DNA of 64,000 bases from a virus, in the IMG/VR virus record IMGVR_UViG_2814123150_000002, positions 5,321 to 69,320 of that record. The stretch is one strand, 5' to 3'. The position numbers and the translations under genes were made by a program. A model generated the notes under the pieces. That model was not told where the DNA came from, made no database searches, and was given only the letters and a program-made list of their open reading frames with translations. Position 1 is the first letter of the stretch. Each line of letters begins with the position of its first letter. Shown here piece by piece: positions 56,810 through 64,000 of the stretch.

Positions 56810-56977
56810 ATGAGCCATGATCAAGTTATCAAGCAGATGAAAGAGAACCTGGCACAGCTGGGCAGTGAGGTCCGCGAGGGCACGCAGCACCAAGCGCGCA
56901 GCATCTTTCTGTCGGCTGCTGCGGGCGCAGTCTTCGCTTTGGCGACGAGCTGGGTAGCGTTCAAGCTCTTTTCCTGA
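56810..56977 (+). CDS. Small membrane protein (55 aa)
   Basis: Read by hand: MSHDQVIKQMKENLAQL..., C-terminal TM. Confidence 0.55.
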   Translation: MSHDQVIKQMKENLAQLGSEVREGTQHQARSIFLSAAAGAVFALATSWVAFKLFS

Positions 56978-57084
56978 TCGGTCGGGGCCGTTACCGGCAA
57001 GCCCCAACCCCATAGCCTGCTTGGTTTTCTCGAGAGCACCCAGGCCTGTCTGGATCGCGCTTCATTCTGCTCCTGTAAACCCTG

Positions 57085-57462
57085 CTAGAGTCGCTCCGAT
57101 ATCTCTATCAAGTTGAGATCCGGGTCGCGCACATAAACGGATCGGATAGGTCCCGTGGCGCCGGTGCGTTGAACGGGGCCCTCGATAATTGGCCACTGCT
57201 GTGCTTCTAGATGGGCCACGACTTTCTCAAGGCTGATCGAGGCGATGAAGCAGAGGTCCAACGCGCCTGAGACTGGCAAGTGAGCCTTGGGTTCGAATTC
57301 GTGGCCACGCACGTGTACGTTGATCTTTTGCTCACCGAAGCGCAAAGCCAAGCGCCCGGCACCGAAAATTTCCAGGTTCATACGCATGACGCGGGTATAG
57401 AAATCCTTGCATGCCTCGACATCGATGGTTGTCAAAACGAGGTGATCCAGATGGTTGATCAT
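57085..57462 (-). CDS. VOC/glyoxalase family protein
   Basis: LDHLVLT, QKINVH, SVYVRDPDLNLIEIS. Confidence 0.92.
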   Translation of the reverse strand: MINHLDHLVLTTIDVEACKDFYTRVMRMNLEIFGAGRLALRFGEQKINVHVRGHEFEPKAHLPVSGALDLCFIASISLEKVVAHLEAQQWPIIEGPVQRTGATGPIRSVYVRDPDLNLIEISERL

Positions 57463-57551
57463 TTCACTGCCTCCCTGGGTGAGCAGTTGGTTTTCGATGA
57501 AGGTTTCGTAATGGTCAATGAGCGGACCAGTAGCACCCCACGGCTGCAGTG

Positions 57552-57989
57552 CTAGCCGGGCAAGCTCAGGTGCAGCAAGGGGAACGGGCGGCCCTCACCA
57601 TCGAGAGGGGAGCGGCCTGTTTGGATAAAACCATAATGCAGATAGAACCCGACCGCTTTCGGATTCTGCTCATTCACATCAACGCTAATTTGGCCGCGTG
57701 AACGCCGGGCGTGATCCAGTAGCGCGCGGCCGATGCCTTCACCTCGCCGATTGGGTTCGATAAACAGCATTTCTACGTGGCTTACGTTAAGCCCGATGAA
57801 CCCAAGCGGGCCGTTTACGGCATCCTCTGCCATCCATAATTCGACAGCCGGCAGGTAGCTATCGCGCAGTTGAGCAAACAACGCCTCGATATCGGCTTCC
57901 TGTAGGAAATGGTGAGTGGCACGAACGGCGCGCAGCCAAAGGTCGAGCAACTGCGGATGGTCGGTATTAGTAGCCTGGCGAATGATCAT
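57552..57989 (-). CDS. GNAT acetyltransferase (YjaB-like)
   Basis: ATHHFL, RGEGIG, VDVNEQN..AVGFY. Confidence 0.9.
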   Translation of the reverse strand: MIIRQATNTDHPQLLDLWLRAVRATHHFLQEADIEALFAQLRDSYLPAVELWMAEDAVNGPLGFIGLNVSHVEMLFIEPNRRGEGIGRALLDHARRSRGQISVDVNEQNPKAVGFYLHYGFIQTGRSPLDGEGRPFPLLHLSLPG

Positions 57990-58159
57990 GGCATCATCCT
58001 TAACGGGTGATAGCGGAAAAAGAGGGGTGGCAGGGAAGATAGTGAGTCTAAGCGTGGCACATCGGTAGGGTGGCCGAACGAGCAGCGCCTGGAGCGTGGT
58101 TTTGACGAGGCCAATTGTAACGTATGGCTCATCCACTGTATTTGACCTGACGTGACCTG

Positions 58160-58576
58160 ATGAAAAATTATCGATATCTGCTCATGGCCACTGTCGTGCT
58201 TTCGAGCTGCACTGCGCAACCTGTACGGCCGGTTATGGGTGAGGCTCAGTACAAGGGTTTTGCGCTGTCATCCATTACAGGTGAGCAGTGCGCGCTCACT
58301 GGGATGCTGGATGTCGACCTGGCCGCCGCCAATAGTGTGATGCTCGAGGCGCGAGCTGCGGCGTTCGAGTATGACCCAGCAAGGATGGAAATTGAGCGTC
58401 GGCAAGCCGCTATCGACCTGCAGCGTGGGCATGGCGTGACTGAGCCTGTCTGTCATGCGCTTGCTTATGAGGTATTGAGAGCGCTGGCGGTGCACAGGAT
58501 CGAAGATCAGTCAGCGCTGCAGCACAAGCGCATGACCTTGCAGGCAATGAAGCAGGCGCGCGGTGTTCTTCCCTGA
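58160..58576 (+). CDS. Hypothetical lipoprotein
   Basis: LSSC lipobox. Confidence 0.65.
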   Translation: MKNYRYLLMATVVLSSCTAQPVRPVMGEAQYKGFALSSITGEQCALTGMLDVDLAAANSVMLEARAAAFEYDPARMEIERRQAAIDLQRGHGVTEPVCHALAYEVLRALAVHRIEDQSALQHKRMTLQAMKQARGVLP

Positions 58577-58722
58577 CCTACTGATAACCGGGACATAGTA
58601 GCTGATGGCCGCAATTTTCCGGCACACGTCAATTCATGCGGATACAAGGCGCGATGAATCAGAACGACGACAGCGACTGCGATCGTTAGAGTGCAGCACA
58701 GGTGGTGATAAACGTGCAGGCC

Positions 58723-58893
58723 ATGCTTAGGCGGTTTCAGAGATGGTTTACACCAGCGCGCAAACGATGGGCGGGGGGGGCATTGATCGTTATCGCGTTG
58801 GTGGGTATGGCGATGAATCCCGCGAGCAGGTGGCCTTGGGTGTTGGCGACAGGCGTGATATGGCTGCTCGCGGCCTGGTTACCCAGAAGATGA
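58723..58893 (+). CDS. Small membrane protein
   Basis: Two hydrophobic segments. Confidence 0.55.
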   Translation: MLRRFQRWFTPARKRWAGGALIVIALVGMAMNPASRWPWVLATGVIWLLAAWLPRR

Positions 58894-59126
58894 CAGATCG
58901 TTAGTCGCAACTGCTGGTGCTCGATCCGCTGTCGCTAGCGTGGCTGTCCCCGATAGGGCGCTATTGCTGGCGTGATGGCAGTCGTAGTGTAACCGTCCGG
59001 CAACCACATCTTCCCCGCACGACTGCTGAAGGCCATGGAGCCCCCTAAGTTTGAGTGGACACCATTTCTGGTCCATCAAGCGGATTTTCTATGCAGCCTC
59101 GTTTTCTGGGCTCGTGGAATGGCTAG

Positions 59127-59489
59127 TTGGTCTGCGATGACTTTGCAGGTTACAACGCCAGCTTCGTACAGGGCTTGTTCGACATTGGCTGTATGGCCCA
59201 TGCCCGTCGCAAATTCTTTGACCTGTTCGCTTCGAATGTGCCCATCCATAACAATCAGGGGGGAAATGAGATTCGCCCATGGGCCCTCGGTCGTTCGAAC
59301 TGGCTCCTTGCCAGGTCGTTACGCAGCGGTAAACGGGCAGCGGCGATCATGAGCCTGATCCAGTCAGCACGGTTGAATGGACATGATCCATACGCCTACC
59401 TGAAAGACGTCCCTAGTCGTCTGCCAACCCAAAGGGTAAGCGAGTTTCCTGATCTGCTTGCGCATACGTGGGCGCCTGAAGCGAGATGA
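59127..59489 (+). pseudogene. IS66 transposase (tnpC) internally deleted remnant
   Basis: VCDDFAGY, GCMAHARRKF, GRSNWL, SLIQSARLNGHDPYAYL. Confidence 0.88.
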
Positions 59490-59557
59490 GCCGCTTCCAA
59501 TTGCGGCTACATATCTGTAAATTCGCATATGCGTAGAATCGAATATAAAGGTTGGTC

Positions 59558-59908
59558 ATGCTCATTCAGCCGCCTATTTTCTTTAAATGCCTTGGTGACG
59601 AAACCCGCGCCCGGATCATGCTCATGCTCGCAGCTGAGGGTGAGCTGTGCGTCTGTGAACTGATTTGGGCACTCGACGACAGCCAGCCGAAGATCTCACG
59701 CCACCTGGCTCAGCTTCGTACCTGCGGGCTGCTGGAGGATCGTCGGCAGGGCCAATGGGTTTACTACCGTCTTCATCCGGAACTGCCCCTATGGGCACTG
59801 GATGTACTTCAGGCGACGCTCGAGGCTAACCGCACTTGGCTCGGTGATGACCAAGGTCGCCTTGCTTCCATGGAAGGTCGCCCGGTACGCCAGGTTTCCT
59901 GTTGCTAA
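59558..59908 (+). CDS. arsR: ArsR repressor
   Basis: [20 protein letters not shown]. Confidence 0.95.
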   Translation: MLIQPPIFFKCLGDETRARIMLMLAAEGELCVCELIWALDDSQPKISRHLAQLRTCGLLEDRRQGQWVYYRLHPELPLWALDVLQATLEANRTWLGDDQGRLASMEGRPVRQVSCC

Positions 59909-59927
59909 GTGTTATTGGAGACCCGAG

Positions 59928-61217
59928 ATGTTGTTGGCAGTGTCTATTTTTCTGGTAACGCTGGTACTGGTGATCTGGCAACCCCGAGGGCTTGGCGTGG
60001 GTTGGAGTGCGTCTGCCGGAGCGGTGGTCGCGTTGCTAACTGGCGTTGTTGCGCTCAGTGATATCCCGGTGGTCTGGCACATTGTGTGGAACGCAACGGC
60101 GACGTTCATTGCGGTGATCATCATCAGCCTCCTGCTGGATGAGGCAGGCTTTTTCGAGTGGGTAGCGCTTCATGTGGCTCGTTGGGGGAGAGGCAGCGGG
60201 GCACGCCTGTTTGCACTACTGGTACTCTTGGGTGCAGCTGTCTCGGCCCTGTTTGCTAATGATGGCGCAGCATTGATTCTGACCCCCATTGTCATCGCAA
60301 TGCTTACGGCGCTGCGCTTTAGCCCGGCAGCAACCTTGGCTTTCGTGATGGCTGCCGGCTTCATTGCCGACACTGCCAGCTTGCCGCTGGTTGTCTCGAA
60401 CCTTGTGAACATCGTCTCTGCCGATTTTTTCGACATCGGATTTGGTCAGTACGCCTCGATTATGTGGCCGGTGAATCTGGCCAGTGTCGGGGCGACGCTA
60501 GGCATGCTTTGGTTGTTTTATCGAAAAGAGGTACCGCTGGCGTACTCACCCGAAGAACTACCGCGACCAGAAGAGGCCATCAAGGATCGCCATACGTTCA
60601 TTGCTGGCTGGTGGGTGTTGCTGCATCTGCTAGTCGGTTTGTTCGCCCTTGAGCCCCTAGGCATACCGATCAGTGCTGTCGCCGCTGTATGCGCACTGGT
60701 GTTGCTGATAATTGCCGCGAAAGGGCATGTGATCTCGACCCGCAAAGTCATGCTCAACGCACCCTGGCAGGTCGTATTGTTTTCACTTGGCATGTATCTG
60801 GTGATCTACGGCCTGAAGAATGCAGGGCTGACAGAAGGACTCGGCTCATTGTTCGGCACCTTCGCCGATCATGGTCTGTGGGTTGCGACACTCGGCACCG
60901 GTTTCACGGCTGCGCTGCTGTCATCTGTCATGAACAACATGCCCAGCGTGCTGATTGGTGCCTTGTCGATTCAGGACAGTGGCGCGACGGGGCTCGCCCA
61001 CGAAGCCATGGTGTACGCCAACATCATCGGCTGCGACCTTGGCCCCAAGATAACCCCCATCGGTAGTCTGGCGACGCTGCTGTGGCTGCATGTCCTGGCT
61101 CAGAAAAACATCCGCATCACGTGGGGTTACTACTTCAAGGTTGGCTGCGTAATCACTTTCCCCATTCTGCTGCTGACACTGGCAGCGCTTGCCGTGCGCT
61201 TGAGCATCAGCACGTAG
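59928..61217 (+). CDS. arsB: Arsenite efflux pump ArsB
   Basis: [33 protein letters not shown]. Confidence 0.96.
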   Translation: MLLAVSIFLVTLVLVIWQPRGLGVGWSASAGAVVALLTGVVALSDIPVVWHIVWNATATFIAVIIISLLLDEAGFFEWVALHVARWGRGSGARLFALLVLLGAAVSALFANDGAALILTPIVIAMLTALRFSPAATLAFVMAAGFIADTASLPLVVSNLVNIVSADFFDIGFGQYASIMWPVNLASVGATLGMLWLFYRKEVPLAYSPEELPRPEEAIKDRHTFIAGWWVLLHLLVGLFALEPLGIPISAVAAVCALVLLIIAAKGHVISTRKVMLNAPWQVVLFSLGMYLVIYGLKNAGLTEGLGSLFGTFADHGLWVATLGTGFTAALLSSVMNNMPSVLIGALSIQDSGATGLAHEAMVYANIIGCDLGPKITPIGSLATLLWLHVLAQKNIRITWGYYFKVGCVITFPILLLTLAALAVRLSIST

Positions 61218-61226
61218 GAGTAACTT

Positions 61227-61697
61227 ATGAAGATGCTGTTCATGTGTACGGCCAATAGCTGTCGCAGCGTCCTGTCCGAAGGACTGTTCAACCATGTTGC
61301 GCCGGACGGCTTCACGGCCATCAGTTCGGGCAGCCTCCCCAGCGGCAAACTCAATCCCCGTGCGGTGAGCACGCTGCAAGGACTGGGTGTCGACACGTCC
61401 GCCCTTTATAGCAAGGGATCAGAAGCGTTCGCGGACTCGCCACCCGATATCGTGATCACTGTGTGCGACAAGGCAAGTAGCGAAGCCTGTCCGGTGTATT
61501 TTGGCCCGGCCATCAAGAGCCACTGGGGGCTGCCTGACCCATCGGAAGTGGATGGCAGCGACGAGGCTATTCAGGTCGCATTCGACGCAACGGTTGAACA
61601 CATCAAAAGGCGGTTCGCAGCGTTATTCGCGTTGGATCTGAAGACACTTCAAGGCGACGACCTGAAGCAGGCTTTGGATCGGATTGGAGCATTGTGA
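61227..61697 (+). CDS. arsC: Arsenate reductase (LMW-PTP/thioredoxin type)
   Basis: [21 protein letters not shown]. Confidence 0.93.
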   Translation: MKMLFMCTANSCRSVLSEGLFNHVAPDGFTAISSGSLPSGKLNPRAVSTLQGLGVDTSALYSKGSEAFADSPPDIVITVCDKASSEACPVYFGPAIKSHWGLPDPSEVDGSDEAIQVAFDATVEHIKRRFAALFALDLKTLQGDDLKQALDRIGAL

Positions 61698-62431
61698 TGA
61701 ACGAGTTCGATATCGACTCTGCCGAGGCCTTTCCTGCCCTCGATCTGTTGCTGATGGATCTGCCCACTGCCGATAAGCTTAACCTGGCTGATGCGTCGAA
61801 CGTCAAACCACGCATCCTTCTGCTCTATGGATCGACCAGAGAGCGTTCGTTCAGTCGTCTCTTGACGCAAGAGGCCGCTAGACTGCTCCAGTACATGGGC
61901 GCCGAGACGGTGATTTTCGATCCGTCAGGTTTGCCCTTGCCGGATGACGCGCCAGTCGAACACCCGAAGGTACAAGAGCTGCGTAATCTGGTGCTGTGGT
62001 CAGACGGACAGGTATGGTGTTCCCCCGAGCGTCATGGCGCTATGTCCGGGGTATTCAAAGCGCAGATCGATTGGATTCCTTTGACCCTGGGTGCCGTGCG
62101 GCCAACCCAAGGCAAAACACTCGCGGTGATGCAGGTGTGCGGCGGGTCTCAGTCATTCAACGCTGTGAACCAGATGCGTGTGTTAGGTCGATGGATGCGC
62201 ATGCTGACCATCCCGAATCAGTCGTCCGTGCCGAAGGCGTATCTGGAGTTCGACGATGCTGGCCGAATGAAACCTTCGCCGTACTATGACCGCGTGGTCG
62301 ATGTGATGGAGGAACTGGTGAAGTTCACGCTGCTGGTTCGTGGCCGTGAGGGCTATTTGGTAGATCGATATTCGGAGCGAAAAGAAAGCGCTGAAGCTCT
62401 ATCGGCCAGGATAAATCAACGCTCCATCTAG
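61694..62431 (+). CDS. arsH: ArsH NADPH-dependent FMN reductase
   Basis: [27 protein letters not shown]. Confidence 0.96.
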   Translation: MMNEFDIDSAEAFPALDLLLMDLPTADKLNLADASNVKPRILLLYGSTRERSFSRLLTQEAARLLQYMGAETVIFDPSGLPLPDDAPVEHPKVQELRNLVLWSDGQVWCSPERHGAMSGVFKAQIDWIPLTLGAVRPTQGKTLAVMQVCGGSQSFNAVNQMRVLGRWMRMLTIPNQSSVPKAYLEFDDAGRMKPSPYYDRVVDVMEELVKFTLLVRGREGYLVDRYSERKESAEALSARINQRSI

Positions 62432-62670
62432 GAATCGCTTGGATGGGATGTCAGCCATTACGCAACTTCAATTGCAACGTGTAATGGCTGGTGCGCTTAC
62501 GTCGTAGCTTCGTATCGAGCAGGTTGTGGTCAGGCGCGTGGTCTCGTCGTTGTCCATGAAGGGCACGGAGGAGGGAGGGCTGATCTGGCTGGAGTCGGTT
62601 GAACGGTTGAGTTCAGCGTGCCCTGGCTTATCTGTGCGCTTGAACAAGCGGGCCAAGAAAGCAGGCATGA

Positions 62671-62862
62671 CTAGTCCTTTCTTAAAAGCCTGTTGAGCAG
62701 CCCCTCTTGGTGCACATTGTCGTAGCACCCAGGTTGATTAGGTGGCGTGGCGTCACAGGGGATATTTCGTTGATCCCAGCGACTTCCATAGGGGCTGTTG
62801 AAATAATGATTGCACCCCGTAAGCAGGGTCACCACCAGCCCGATCAGTAGACCTTTATTCAT
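62671..62862 (-). CDS. Small lipoprotein
   Basis: LLTGC lipobox. Confidence 0.6.
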   Translation of the reverse strand: MNKGLLIGLVVTLLTGCNHYFNSPYGSRWDQRNIPCDATPPNQPGCYDNVHQEGLLNRLLRKD

Positions 62863-63114
62863 TGCACATTCAGCCCTCAAATGTCTCACGTAGTACGGTA
62901 CTGGCAACTGGCAGGGCAGATTAAAGTCGAATCGGATAGGTCCGTTGACTCAGCGGTAAGTTTCGCCCCTTTACGCAGCCAGCGCGCGTCATCTCCCATC
63001 GTTCAACGTTCATCATGCCGCTGATAAACACGCTTTCTACAAGAAGCCGATCAAGCGCATGCTCTCGAATTCTGACACCTAGTGAGATGCCTGATCGGCC
63101 ACCGCCAAAGCATA

Positions 63115-63447
63115 TTAGCCATTGACCCGCACAGCCAGCAAAGCCCGTTCCTTGCTCAACGGCTTGAGCAGGCCTGGCTGCTCTCCGATTTTCATGAACA
63201 GATAGTAGTCTCCGCGCTCGCCAAGGAGAATGCGATAGACCTGGGCAGTTCTGTCGGTGCTGGGCGAAGTCAATTTGTCCACGAGCAGTGTGTAAGTGGT
63301 GACACCCAAGGTGCTCAAGGCCTGTGCAAGTTCGGTATCGATTTTCGCTCGCCATTTCTGCATGACGTGCCGGTGCGCCATGACCGTCAGGGCGATCGCC
63401 AACAGTGGCAACACCGCAGCTGCGAAGAAGGTCAGTAACGAATTCAT
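63115..63447 (-). CDS. Hypothetical membrane-anchored protein
   Basis: N-terminal TM. Confidence 0.55.
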   Translation of the reverse strand: MNSLLTFFAAAVLPLLAIALTVMAHRHVMQKWRAKIDTELAQALSTLGVTTYTLLVDKLTSPSTDRTAQVYRILLGERGDYYLFMKIGEQPGLLKPLSKERALLAVRVNG

Positions 63448-63643
63448 GATTGATGCTCGCGGTAGATGTGCAGTGCGTCCAGGCATCGCTAATGGCGCCC
63501 TATCGCGACAGCCCAGCATTATGGCACCGACGTTCCCGCTCGTCTGATCGATGAGGTTCGATGCCATATTTCGCTAGTAGCCCAAGCGGCAGGCGGCTAA
63601 TGTCCCTCTTAGCGGCCATTAGACTAAAGTATTAGGAGGCGCG

Positions 63644-63943
63644 ATGCGGATACGCGGCAGTGTGTTCTGGTCCTGGGCTGACCCTACGTTGCACCATCGC
63701 GCGCACGAAGAGACATTAAGCGACAAGACGTCGATTAATGTACAGGTTCGTCTGTCCCGAAAAGGCCTCGTTCAGCTGTTCATAGGTGTCTATGCCCCTG
63801 GCGGCGTGCCTGTCTATGAGGAGGCGTTCGACGACCGCCCAAAGGAGTCCATGTCCCGGGCATTGGCCTGGGGCGTCATGAGGGCCCGCGAAGTGGCTTC
63901 TTTCAATTCCCAGAGCATCCCCAAGAGCGGTCATGGAACATGA
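63644..63943 (+). CDS. Hypothetical protein
   Basis: RBS AGGAGG, 99 aa. Confidence 0.7.
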   Translation: MRIRGSVFWSWADPTLHHRAHEETLSDKTSINVQVRLSRKGLVQLFIGVYAPGGVPVYEEAFDDRPKESMSRALAWGVMRAREVASFNSQSIPKSGHGT

Positions 63944-64000
63944 TGGCTGCCGATACATCTGAACTGCTGAGCGCAACAAATGCCCAACGTTTCACACGTT

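Larger units (their letters stand above)
58989..62500 (+). mobile_element. IS66-derived non-autonomous transposon carrying arsRBCH
   Basis: Left end GTAACCGTCCGG, right end ...GGTGCGCTTAC, flanks GTCGTAGT/GTCGTAGC, internal tnpC remnant. Confidence 0.8.

Overview
Pseudomonas-type genomic window (P. putida-group-like by gene content; inferred). Bases ~1-45,250 are most of a lambdoid/HK97-like siphoviral prophage whose left end and integrase lie upstream of the window. In order it carries: a leftward early operon (DUF2303, LuxR-HTH, a CsrA/RsmA homologue, long structured leader RNAs, boxA); a cI/cro switch with TTTAGC-N5-GCTAAA operators; Rha/antirepressor; a replication initiator with iterons; VRR-NUC; an internal tyrosine recombinase; Q; holin-like genes; HNH/terminase/HK97 head; a lambda-like tail (G/T frameshift, TMP, M, L, K, I and a ~2,390-aa J with internally duplicated modules); a distal endolysin-spanin block; and an SOS-boxed UmuD'-like gene. 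Several lower-GC morons are embedded. Bases ~45,250-58,900 are an accessory 'graveyard' with a TIGR04255 + small protein + PemK/MazF-like triad (best candidate for an undescribed system), a Lit-like HExxH peptidase, two integrase pseudogenes, duplicated att-like motifs and relics of related prophages that share regulatory scaffolds with the intact prophage but carry different cargo genes. Bases 58,989-62,500 are an IS66-derived non-autonomous element (IS66-like ends, 7/8-bp target duplication) enclosing an arsRBCH operon. All family calls come from motif recognition by eye; no database searches were run.
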